From Mayamaea pseudoterrestris (Eukaryota): DNA of 64,000 nucleotides. Positions 1 through 10,989 of the stretch are shown here, in pieces. The notes under the pieces are model-generated. The model ran no database searches. It was not told where the DNA came from and saw nothing but the letters and a program-made list of their open reading frames with translations. The DNA lies in contig BROI01000004.1 of assembly GCA_027923505.1 (NCBI GenBank), positions 558,001 through 622,000 of the forward strand, read 5' to 3'. The position numbers were made by a program, and so were the translations under genes. The stretch's first letter is position 1. Each line of letters starts with the position of its first letter.

Positions 1-934
1 TCATCACACGAATGTTCGACTTCATGTCGTATCCTCTATCCCTAATGCGCCCCAATGCGCGACATTTTGCGTCGAAATGTCAGACTTCAAAAATCAACTC
101 CGACACGAGCAGCCTCCATGTTGCATCCTTTGCTCCTACCATAACTTGACTAATAGATGGAATACAACCATGCTACTATGATTTATAGATAACCAAGGTC
201 TTGAGGTACAAGCTAATCACAAAAGGTTTTGGTTTGGTCTTGTTTGGACCTGCTTGTGGCTGGTCAAACTTTGGCCATTTTCGTGTCGTGATTTTCGACT
301 TCCACGGTGTCGTCGCGCGGACGAGCCGCTCGTCCGTCGTCGTGACGGCTCTTTGCCGCGTCAAGTGCCAACACTTCTTCACAAGAGTCCTTTCTACCAG
401 CCAAATACTCTTTAGTTCTTTAAAGGAAGCATCATTTTACTTGGAAAAGTCAGTCTGCTGGTCATGATCCCGCTGGAGCTTCGGTTCAAAGGTTGTCGTC
501 GTGTGGTGCGGCATGGTGCGCCTGCCGTGATGGCTCCTACACATTCCACTGCTAGAGTATACAAACTGTATCATTTTAAAGCAATAATCTATAGTCAAAT
601 AATTCTACAGCATTTTTTCAGCAGTCAAGCAGCCGAGGTGTTGGTCCCGAGAGGCACGACGCGTGTTGATGCATCGGACGGCCGCGCCAAGTGACGATAA
701 ATGGCGCTTGTGCTTAAATGACTCATTTTGACATTTATGACGTGGCAAAGTTCGGTGACATGCGACACGACATGCAACATGAAATCGTCAGCGAGGACAC
801 TCTAATGAACGGAAATGTGTGTCATTCAATCGCACCACGACTCAGGGGAAGGATCTTGCAGCTCCACCATGGCGTGATTTGGCGCATCGGACCGATGTGA
901 AAGCATGACTTAGAATTCCTACTATCTGAATGCC

Positions 935-2587
935 ATGGTGAACAAGAAGAAATCAAAGGGCAACTCAATAACGCAGCAGGCTCGTCGATCTCAGCTTGAA
1001 CAGCGCAAGCAACAGGTCTTTCAGTCGGCGCCTCGCAAGCCTCATGTTCCAACCAAACTTGATCGCTACATGAATCCATTCCTAATTTCCATGATGCTGT
1101 TATACTTGACGGAAGAAGAGAGAGAAAATTTTGTTACGTTTGATCCTCGCTATGATCGACCGAAAGCAGCGACGAAACCAGGTCAGCAGGAGTCAGCTAA
1201 AGCAAAGAAAATAGGCGCGGCGAGCTCCGACGCAAAGGACAATAACAATGCTAACAAGGCCTTGACAACAAACGCTGATCAAAGCTCAGATGACACGGCG
1301 GGTAAATCGCCCGAAGAGGTTGCTGCAATGATTAGCAAGGCAATTAAACCTGTCTGTCCCTTTCAAAATGACACGACGAAGAAACTTAAAGCCAATCCAA
1401 GTGTTTCTGATCCATTGACGCTTCTAGCTCGCCTCAATACACGTCGACTTGTTCAGCGCATTCGTCACTACCAAAAGAACCATGATATAAAATATTCGTT
1501 TCCACCTCGATTAAATACTCATCAACTCGCGACGCTCGAATGGGAAGGTCTTCTCCAACAAGCACGAGAGAAGCATAAATCAAAAGACGTAGCAAGTAGT
1601 ATTGAAGCATCAGATAACAATCAACAACAGTTGCTGCGCAACATTCCGACTCCCTACGAAATGCTCATGTTTTCTCCTTGTCCGCGCGCCGTCACCGCCT
1701 TGGCATCCTATCCCCGGAGTGGCAACTCGCTCATGCGCAATTTGTTTGAACGCACGACGCTGCGCGTCACGGGCAGCGACATGCGCGGCGGCCTCACCAA
1801 GCATGACTTGGTCGGCGAAGCTGCTGTTGGCGCCAACATGGTGCAGTTCGTCAAGACGCACTTTCCGGAGCGGCGAGGGACACCTCCCTTTCGAGCCAGT
1901 CGCGTGGTTCTGTTGGTGCGAAATCCTTACGATGCGATTGAATCGTTCTTCAACTTGATGATGACAAACACGCATACGACGAGTCTTTCCGACGAACAGC
2001 GGCGTGAACACAACAAGCTTTGGCAGGAGCATGTGTTGAAGGAGATTCAAGTGTGGCGGGACTTTCACGAGTACTGGATTGCGCAGCAGATACCCATGCT
2101 ACTGGTACGGTACGAGGACTTGATTCGGTATCCCGACAAGGTAATGGCGCGCGTGCTTCGTTTCGTACTGGAGGTGAACAACATGTCATTCTTTGAAGTA
2201 CGCTTGGACAAGTGCATTCGACAGGAACAGATTGAGCAGCTTGGCTCCTACAAGCCGCGATCGGGCGGCATTGGCAAGTCGATATCAAAGTACAGTCCCG
2301 AGCTATTGCAGCTCATGAACATGGGCATTGTTTCGACCATGCAAAAGCTTGGCTATCACGAAATGCTGGTGCCCAAGCCCGAAGAGTGGAAATTGGAAGC
2401 GGTCGACGACTATGCGGCGGAGTTCATTCCGCGCAAAACGGATCCAATCATTGTCAATGCCGGCAAGCTAGTGAGAGGACCAAAGCAGTTCATCGACTGG
2501 GTCAAGGTGCGGCGCGAAATGATGGCCAAGGCTCCGGAGCAGTGCATGTGCGAAAAGTGTTTGAATAGTAGGCTGTCAAAGGACTGA
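935..2587 (+). CDS. Sulfotransferase-domain protein (PAPS-dependent, WSCD-like)
   Basis: 550-aa ORF. 5'-PSB loop ALASYPRSGNS, VKTH, 3'-PB motif LLVRNPYDAIES, and LVRYEDL. Long basic/low-complexity N-terminus. Confidence 0.85.
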   Translation: MVNKKKSKGNSITQQARRSQLEQRKQQVFQSAPRKPHVPTKLDRYMNPFLISMMLLYLTEEERENFVTFDPRYDRPKAATKPGQQESAKAKKIGAASSDAKDNNNANKALTTNADQSSDDTAGKSPEEVAAMISKAIKPVCPFQNDTTKKLKANPSVSDPLTLLARLNTRRLVQRIRHYQKNHDIKYSFPPRLNTHQLATLEWEGLLQQAREKHKSKDVASSIEASDNNQQQLLRNIPTPYEMLMFSPCPRAVTALASYPRSGNSLMRNLFERTTLRVTGSDMRGGLTKHDLVGEAAVGANMVQFVKTHFPERRGTPPFRASRVVLLVRNPYDAIESFFNLMMTNTHTTSLSDEQRREHNKLWQEHVLKEIQVWRDFHEYWIAQQIPMLLVRYEDLIRYPDKVMARVLRFVLEVNNMSFFEVRLDKCIRQEQIEQLGSYKPRSGGIGKSISKYSPELLQLMNMGIVSTMQKLGYHEMLVPKPEEWKLEAVDDYAAEFIPRKTDPIIVNAGKLVRGPKQFIDWVKVRREMMAKAPEQCMCEKCLNSRLSKD

Positions 2588-2866
2588 AATTATTTATTGC
2601 ATAAGTATGTACCGGTACATTCACAAATAATAGAATTGTTATCAAATGATATAGTATGAACCGTTGGATTGGTCCAAGGCAAGGAAGAGATAGCTACCAG
2701 TAGCACCATGACGTCACATCTACATGGAAACCTGCGCGCGCCCGCCCGTCGTCCGACCGGATCCTCGCTCACAATTTCCGTGGATGCCATAGAAAAAACT
2801 ATCCAGCTCGTGCCATTGCGTCTGCGGTTTGTATTGTTGTGTTACAGTATTTATTGCAGCCTTGCC

Positions 2867-5800
2867 ATGGGAATCAAAGGCTGGGCTCGAATGTTGGCCG
2901 AAAAGGGCTTTGTGCCTGATCAAGCAGCCATCACTTCTTGCTGCAGCGGATCATTGTGGCGCGACACTGCTCTCGGAGAAATGGTGGACGTCGAAGCCAT
3001 TCCACCAAACAGCACGCTGCATATTGATGGCAATGGCATGGCCTTTTTCATTCACCAAATTGCATATGCAAGACAAATTGACCAAGCGCTGCTCCATAAG
3101 CGACGATCCGAAAAGATTTGCGCCGTTCCCCAGGAAATCACGACTGCCGCCGTTCATTCGTTTCTGCCAAACTTCTTGTCCCTGGAAACGATTCACAATG
3201 TCATTAAGGAGTTTATTGAACAATTGCAGTCTCAAAAGATGAAGTTGATAGTTTACTGGGACGGCGATGCCCGACACGTGTTCAAGCAAGAGACGGACGC
3301 CAAACGCACCGACCGCCGCAACGACGAAGCGTCCAATCTACACCAGTACTGTCTCCACGGCCGACTGCCGGCGCGGTCGTCCGTGTGCCAGTGGGAGTAC
3401 GAGTTTCCAAAGACACGATTGTTTAAAACGCAAATCATTCATACATTGACGCAGCTCGGGGTGGAAATGAAGGAATGCCCCGAGGAGGCGGATCCGTTCA
3501 TGGCGCGTTTGGCGAGTGGAGACGAGCAATCCTACATTTTGGGTAATGACACGGACTTTTGTGCGTTTCGCAACGTTCAGTATATTCCATTTTCGACCAT
3601 GCATGCGTCCAAGCGCGGACCTTTGACGGCTTGCGTCGTTCGACGTCGTGACATTGCCGACCGACTTGGTATTGATGATGACTTGATGGTGGAGCTGGCG
3701 ATACTTTGCGGCAACGACTATGTTCCGGATCCCTCGCAAGCTGGTTTGTCATTTTATGCACGAGACTTTGATGAAAAGATTGAGTTTCTTCGTGACGTTG
3801 AGCCTGGCTTTCGACTTGAGACAAACAAGGAGGATATGGAGACAGTGCTTGCGTTTGTACGCGCCAGCTACGAGCTCGAGTCGCTGGATGACTTTCCTTT
3901 GAATGACGATGGTTCTAATGATGGCTCGCGCGAAGATGTTGGGTCAGTGCTGGGAGACTTGTTGAATGTTACGCTGGACCTTGAATCTTCGAATGTTGAG
4001 ATTGCATTGGAAATGTCCTTGCTCCGAGTTCGGCCGTCGGAGGACAAGTCTATCATTGACGCTGTCATTCGCTGCATTGAGCACTATATTGATATTAACT
4101 CTCATTTGGAATATGATGATGATTGTTGTATTCGTCCAATTCATGTCGAGGCTTTGAGGAAGCTCAAGGTGGATGAAGGCCTTTCTACTATGCCGGTCGC
4201 TTGGCGTCCGGATTGGAAGGATGTGGTGGCAGTTCAATTGATCGAAAAGTGCATTGATGCTTCGTTCGAGATGAATGCGACGTCACCGTTGGCAAAAGTT
4301 CGGCCTCCTCATCGGGTGTTCAATCAATATATGTATCATGTTTTGCTCGCTGGGATGAGGGATCCGACAAAGGTGTTGAAAGAAGAGGTGCCAGAGATTC
4401 AAGTAGTCGAGGCAAAGCCTGTCGTTCCGCTAAAACTGCCAATCGACGAGCATGAGGACGAAATTCTTGACATGATTGCGAACAATCGAATATCGGTAAT
4501 TCAAGGAGAAACAGGTTGTGGAAAGAGCTCAAGAATTCCAGCGATGCTACTTAAGAAATGTCGCGACGTGAAGTTATTTATTTCCCAGCCCCGTCGGATT
4601 GCAGCGAAAGCATTGGTGGAACGTCTCCGGGATTCGGAACCTGAACTCCGGGACCTTATCGCGTTGCGGATGGGGCATGGGCATAGAGAATACGAAAGCA
4701 GCACGACGAGAGCTTGGTTTGTCACGACCGGTTACCTGGTGCGGCTGTTGGCGAACAATCGCGAGCGGTTTGACGATGTCACTCATTTAGTCATCGACGA
4801 AGGTAAGGATAGGAAATTTACATTCCTTGTGGGCAATTAATGTTTAACACCGGCTAACGCACGACCTTTTGTGCACCACAGTCCATGAACGTTCAGTCGA
4901 CACTGACATTCTCTGTCTCTTGTGTCGGAGGCTGCTCAGTTACAACACAAACATACGCTTAGTCCTCATGTCGGCAACTTTAGCTGCCAAGATGTACCAG
5001 GAGTACTTTGACATTCCTACTCCCCCATTGAAAGTCGGCGCGCGGCGATTTCCTGTGGAGGAAGTTTATCTTGATGACCTCGCCGCTCGGTTAAATCTTC
5101 CTGGTAATATGAAAAAGACCGTCGCGACACTGACGGAAGCCTGCAATGCTACAAAATGTCGCGCCCCTCCCAATTCGCAAGGAATGGAGAAGCTACATGC
5201 TCTTGCGTGCCATCTGGCTCTTGTTGCTGGATCGCCAGGATCGTCAGTTTTGATCTTTGTCCCTGGAATGATGGATATCGTGTCGATTACGGAGCGGATT
5301 GAGCAGCTTTATGTCCCAGGCGTCCGATACACAACTTTTCCGATTCACTCTGACATTCCTTTTGACGATCAAATGAACGTATTCGCTCCGACCGAGGCTG
5401 ACGAAGTCAAGATTATCGTCGCGACCAACGCAGCGGAGAGTTCGGTCACGTTGCCAGACGTAGATACTGTTATATGTCTCGGTTTGTGCAAACAGATCGT
5501 CTATAACGAAATGTCGCATCGACAGATGCTCACAGCGACGTGGATTTCGAAGGCGAGTGCAACTCAAAGGGCTGGAAGAACGGGAAGATTGCGGCCTGGG
5601 ACTTGTTTTCGCTTGTATACGCGACAAAACTACAACGAGCACATGGAGGATTTTGAGCCTGGAGAGATTCTTCGCATTCCTTTGGATTCTGTTATACTCA
5701 TGCTAAAGGAGATGCTTCAAGATGAGGAAGTAAATGAAGTGTTGCAAGATTGCATCGAGCCGCCAAATACAACGACGATCGAGCGGTCATTTTTGTCGCT

Positions 5801-8742
5801 CTACGAATCTCATTTTATAACATCGCCTTCGGGTGATTGCGATATCACCCAGCTCGGCCTTTTTGTCTCAGCTCTTGGTGTAGATCTCGCTTTGGGATCG
5901 TTGGTTGGTCTCGGCATTCAATTCGGAGTTGCCGCAGAAGTGATCCAGCTTGCAAGCATTCTCTCTTTTCCTACTCCGCCGTGGATCATGTCCAACCCTC
6001 TTGTTCACGATGCTAAAAGCTTTAATGGTGAGTACCTCTGGAACTTTGATTGCATTTAGTTTTCACCAGTAATTAGTCTCATGTGTGCAATTACTTCATG
6101 CCGTAGACATGACAAAGCGGACATATACTTCTCGATGTCATTTCGATGCCAACTTATTCTCTGAACCACTAGCTGCGATGAACTTGCTATGGGAGTATGA
6201 AGCTGTGAAAAATGATGCAAGGAAGACAAACGCTTTTTGTCAAAGACACGGATTGGTCATTGCTCGCCTTCGACGTTTGTTGAACACTTGCAGTAATCTT
6301 CGGCTTCGAGTCGCTACATACTTCAACCTTGACGAAGCACTACTTCGTGTTGCTGAGCCACCGTCACATATGCCACATGCGAAGATTACAGTGCTTCGAG
6401 TGCTGCAAGCTTGGGTATTTTGTGACTCGGTCATCGAATGTTGCGCTTACGTTCGCAACGGAGACCCTGTTGCAACGTACGCCCTTGAATGTCTTCCAAA
6501 AAGTGATAATATTACTTATGAACATTTGGAACAAGTTTTGTCAAAAGAACGCCATCGATTCAGTTTGTCGGGTTATGTAAAAGCGGAACAGCATTTTCGG
6601 ATCAAATATCTTGATGGTGGTCTCTTGTGTGGTCGCTACGATGAACGTTTCTTATCGTACGCCACTGAAAAGGGAATATCACTTGTCTGGCTATGGGACA
6701 AGGATTACATGATCGTGTATGTCGCTGACGAGTTGTTTGCAAGTTCGAAATTTGAGCACCTGGTCGAGAAGTTACGGGAGCGTCTCTTAGAATCGGAATC
6801 TATACTTGAACCGAATCACATTCGTCGCGGAGTGGGTGAGCGTTCTTGCGGCCGATGGAAGTTATCTTCGACTGGTGACGTGAGCTTGTCTGAAAACGAC
6901 GGTCGCGTCGTATTTCATCGATTTTGTACGGGGTACGATGATGCACCGAAGAAAAAGCTTGCAAATATGCGGAAGTTTCATCTGAATAATTTCTTGAAGG
7001 ATGAACCAAGTGTAAGAGGATTTGCTTGTGAATTCATTTCCAACAAAAGCGTATTTACTTTGTTCGGTTGTGGAGAAGTTACTGGCTTTGACGCGAGTGA
7101 TCTCCTTCTGGAGTCGGCACAAGCGTTAAATTTCAAAAAGAGTGCTAAGATGGTGACTAAGCAAACCATTGTTTTTGAGTCGGCACCAAATGCGCCATTG
7201 GCAGACACGAGGAAACATAATGGTGATTCAAGTTGGGATCGACCTCTGTTTGATTGCATTCCCGAAGGTGCTCGACTTCTCGCAATCTTAGCATCATCTC
7301 GCCGGCGAGGAGACCATGGCTTCTTTTTACAAGCTACTGGTCCTGACGGAAATGAAAGCGAAGACATGCTGACCGTCCATCTCGATCGTTCCAAGACAAA
7401 AATTCAGGGGCGCTGGAAGCGAGTGGGAAGTGGCAGCGATGTTTACACCACAGAAAATTCAGTCCCAGCCACTGCTTTGTCAAGAGATGGTGAAAACCTA
7501 TACTGCGTTGCATCCAACACGTTAGAAATTAAAGGCGGAGGGCTCAGAGTAGAAGGTCTGACACTGTTACCTCCAGGTCGCTTGTTCATGTTACTCACGC
7601 GCGCTTCCTTTGGCTTGAGTTGTGGCCCGCTTGATCCCGATTCATCCGAGATGGACGATTATGACCGAATTCAGCAGGCACATGATTTTCATGAAGCCAC
7701 AAGAGACCTCGGTGAAGAGCTGCGATGCTTTCCTGAAAAGGCACGACAACTTTGCTCCTTGTTCAATGGCGTCGACGGCTATGAGGGGGAAATATGGGAT
7801 ATTGACTCAAATCCATTCACTCACGACAATTATGCCAAGGTATCGAAGCCATTAAGAGGCTACGGGTCACGTGTACATACACCCGTCCGCATGCCAAGCA
7901 CTAGCAATACAAGTACTGCTACTACAAACAAGTTGAGGCCGTTATCGACAAAGGAAGCGCGAATCATGCCAACCAAGTTATACGTGCACGATGCTGCTGC
8001 TATGCCACTGGTGGCGACCACGGACATGGAACCTAACGGACATGCACAGGGATTGGCTCACAAACTGACTCGCACTGAGAAACGGAAAAAGAAGAAGGAC
8101 AAGGTGGCGAATGTTTCTCTCAAGAAAAATGTTAATCCGGCGCAGTCAATCACAGCAATGAAGAACGTTGCCCAGAATGTGTCTCCAGCAAAGATGCATT
8201 CCTTGTTTGCGAGTGATTTATTGCAGAGTCCCCAAGTTTCAAGTTCCGATCCGCCATCCTCTAATATTTTGGCTCACATTGTGCGACTATATCGACAATC
8301 AAAGATGGTGCCGGGACAAGTGGCCGACGAGACGACGCTCGTGAATCCAGGCGATTGGCTTTTGTACAAGGTTAAGGTGAATGGGGCAACTTATTATCAA
8401 GCCAAGTTCCAAAGCTACGGTATCAAATACGCAAAGGTCAGCAAGGATGTGGCGCAGGTGCTGCCATCCTGGTTCTCAGAAAAGGTGTCTTTCATGCGCC
8501 CTACAGCAGCTGCGGACGCCCTGAGCTGCTTGCCGTTTCAGTTTCGAGACGCCTGCGACAAGTCTATGAAGACTGTCAAGATTGAGAAAAAGCGAGCGCT
8601 TGTATTTGACTCGATTGAAATGGCTGTGCGGCTCGAGGCCAGTTTTTGGTTGCAGCGGCAGTTTCTCTCGCCGCCTGTTTTGACCAATTGGTACGAGCAA
8701 GACTTGACTGCCATGCTGAATAAGCTATTGGCTCGGTCGTAA
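2867..8742 (+). CDS. PIN (XPG/FEN1/Asteroid-like) nuclease fused to DEAH/RHA-family RNA helicase; 3 exons
   Basis: Exons 2867-4802, 4882-6027, 6107-8742. Introns 4803-4881 (GTAAGG..GCTAAC..CACAG) and 6028-6106 (GTGAGT..CGTAG); the first splice restores DEVHER. PIN motifs MGIKG, HIDGNG, YWDG, EEAD, GNDTDF, LCGNDY. Helicase motifs GETGCGKS, QPRRIAA, MSAT, LIFVPG, ATNAAESSVT, QRAGRTGR. Confidence 0.88.
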
Positions 8743-8975
8743 TAAGATTTACAGGCAAGAATAGAAGCTTCTTCTCTTTAATGTGTGTTGTAACTGGCGG
8801 GCGTCCAGTTCGTCACCTTGTGCTGCCTGGTGAAATGATTTTAGCTAACCCGCCGCCATCCCAGTCTGTCGATCCTGTCACAGCGGCACCCGGCTGACTC
8901 GTTGAAGTGAATCGTCGCCCTCATCTTTTCACCTCCTACATTCCAATTCGGAAAGCATCTTTTGCCTCCAAGACC

Positions 8976-9491
8976 ATGGGAATTACTATGCGAATCGTTC
9001 TGATACTTACTCTGCTGCTAGCTCATGTGGATGTGACCTCCAGCTTTGCTATTCCCGGCTCATCCAGCCGATTATTTTCATTGACGATACTACATGCCAA
9101 CTCCCAATCAAGCAGTTTCGGCGATGGTCAGCGAAAGCAGGAAAAGTACATGGAAGCCATGTCGCTACAAGGTGCCGCACAAATTGCCAAGATGAACATT
9201 TCGGAACGAACCACGCGTGCCTTGCTGGCGGAAGCTGTCGAGGATCGCATCTTTCAGCTGCAGGACGACTTGGAGCAGCTTTCTGGAGGATCTGTACCAG
9301 ACGATGAAGCAGTCAAGGCGCAATGTGTTGAGATTGCAAAGACTATCAGGCGGTCTCAGATTCAATACAATGATTTGGTCAGTGGAGCGCCGTCAGAGTT
9401 GTTGAACTCGATGCAGAGCTGGGAAAAGACGCAAAAGGCTGACAACGAATTGGATGCTGACGAAGATGTGAATGGAAGCACTTTCGAATAG
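8976..9491 (+). CDS. Unknown small protein, probably plastid-targeted
   Basis: First ATG at 8976 (alternative 8988). Hydrophobic signal peptide ending TSS-FAIP (ASAFAP-like), Ser-rich transit region, helical body. Confidence 0.7.
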   Translation: MGITMRIVLILTLLLAHVDVTSSFAIPGSSSRLFSLTILHANSQSSSFGDGQRKQEKYMEAMSLQGAAQIAKMNISERTTRALLAEAVEDRIFQLQDDLEQLSGGSVPDDEAVKAQCVEIAKTIRRSQIQYNDLVSGAPSELLNSMQSWEKTQKADNELDADEDVNGSTFE

Positions 9492-9710
9492 TCAAATATG
9501 AGGTCATTCTGGCTATCGTGCTCAATATATGCACTAGTTGGTTGGCTCTCCAAGTTACATTGCCAGAACACAACGCAATAGTGCTGCTATCTGATACATA
9601 CGCTGCACAACAACAACACATTGCCATTGTCGATGTGTTAAGTTGCCGCAGCTCAATTACAAAGACTCTGGTAGAATTACATTTACTTACTTAGATATGC
9701 ACACTTTTCG

Positions 9711-10736
9711 CTATCTCGATAGCAGCTTGTTAACTACTTTCACAATCTCCCGTCCCCACAGATTGTATCCAGCCACGTTTGGATGTAGCCCATCCGGCAT
9801 GACATCTGAATTGATCTCAAACGCTAGATTGCCGCCTTCGACTCGTCGCAGAAACAAATTGGCAGCATCCATGTAGATCCACTCGTCATGTAGATTACAC
9901 AGCTTTTTGAGTTCACGATTAACAAACAATATCTGCTGCCACATGCGTCCCAGATTCGGAACCGCTTGTCTCGAATCGCTCCGCGGCAAGAGTCCATGCA
10001 CAATGATGCTTGCTCCGGGCCGCTGGTCGCGGAGAAACTGCGCCACGTGCAAGACTCCCGCGAGAGTGTTGCGCTTGCTGCAACCGGTGCGGCCAATGTC
10101 GTTGGTGCCCACCATGATGAACCACACGGCTGGTTGCAATTCAGTGATATCCATTAATCCATGACTCAAGTGCCACAGCAAATTGTTGGATGTATCACCC
10201 GATGAACCAAGGGCAATCGCATCCAAGCTGCCGCCACCATGTTTCGTAAAGTATTGGTCAAAGACTGGAACGAAATCGGCAGCGAGCTGCTGACCCATGC
10301 TGCGCGTTCCATTCCATCGTTCGATAATGGAGTCACCAATCATGACCAAATCCAGTTTCGAGTTTGGAAGTTGCGTTGCTTGCTTTGCGAAGTTGACGAG
10401 TTCATTGTGATGTTCCTCCCAGCCCGGTTTGCTGGTCCATTTCGTTGGAACGAGTGGATTGGTACACTCGCATGGTGTGTGATGAGGACGGTCCTGTTTG
10501 GAGTCGTCGGTATCGTAGCATCGATGTCGGGGACTCACCTTGACGCTAAAGTTGTGGTCGTCTTGGACATGGACTTTGTCGCTCGACTGGAAATCGCGAA
10601 TGGTGAGTGAAAGAAGTACCAATATGGTAAACGTAAAGACTGCCATGATTTTCTTGTGCTTGAGCGGGTCATGGAGGAACTCTAGAATTCTTCCAGACAT
10701 TGTGAAGTTATCAGTTGTTGATCCGAGTTGAACCAT
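9711..10736 (-). CDS. SGNH/GDSL hydrolase (PAF-acetylhydrolase Ib-like) with N-terminal membrane anchor
   Basis: Blocks MIGDSI, GSSGDT, MVGTND, DGLHP. TM segment AVFTFTILVLLSL. Start uncertain (ATG 10736 or 10700). Confidence 0.85.
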   Translation of the reverse strand: MVQLGSTTDNFTMSGRILEFLHDPLKHKKIMAVFTFTILVLLSLTIRDFQSSDKVHVQDDHNFSVKVSPRHRCYDTDDSKQDRPHHTPCECTNPLVPTKWTSKPGWEEHHNELVNFAKQATQLPNSKLDLVMIGDSIIERWNGTRSMGQQLAADFVPVFDQYFTKHGGGSLDAIALGSSGDTSNNLLWHLSHGLMDITELQPAVWFIMVGTNDIGRTGCSKRNTLAGVLHVAQFLRDQRPGASIIVHGLLPRSDSRQAVPNLGRMWQQILFVNRELKKLCNLHDEWIYMDAANLFLRRVEGGNLAFEINSDVMPDGLHPNVAGYNLWGREIVKVVNKLLSR

Positions 10737-10989
10737 GCTTACACTGAGGGATAATTGATGCTTCACCTTGAAGCAATCGGTGTGCACAGAGGCGAAAGAA
10801 TCCTCATGGTGATGCGCGAGGCTCGTTTTGTTCTTTGAAGCAGTGTCGTAGCGGTTTTTTGAAACGGCTGTAGTTAATCGTCGCAGCGGTTTTCAAATTC
10901 CGTCTGTCAAAATCCAGCGCTCGCCACCATGAACAATTGCATCTCCAGTAGCAGCAAAGAATAGTCTGCGCAATCCAGATACAGCAAAA

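Noticed and set aside
1..560. Short ORFs at the window start; possible 3' end of a + gene (two frames open, to ~149 and 180) or a small minus-strand gene
   Set aside because: No recognisable motif, and no consistent frame or splice model could be chosen.
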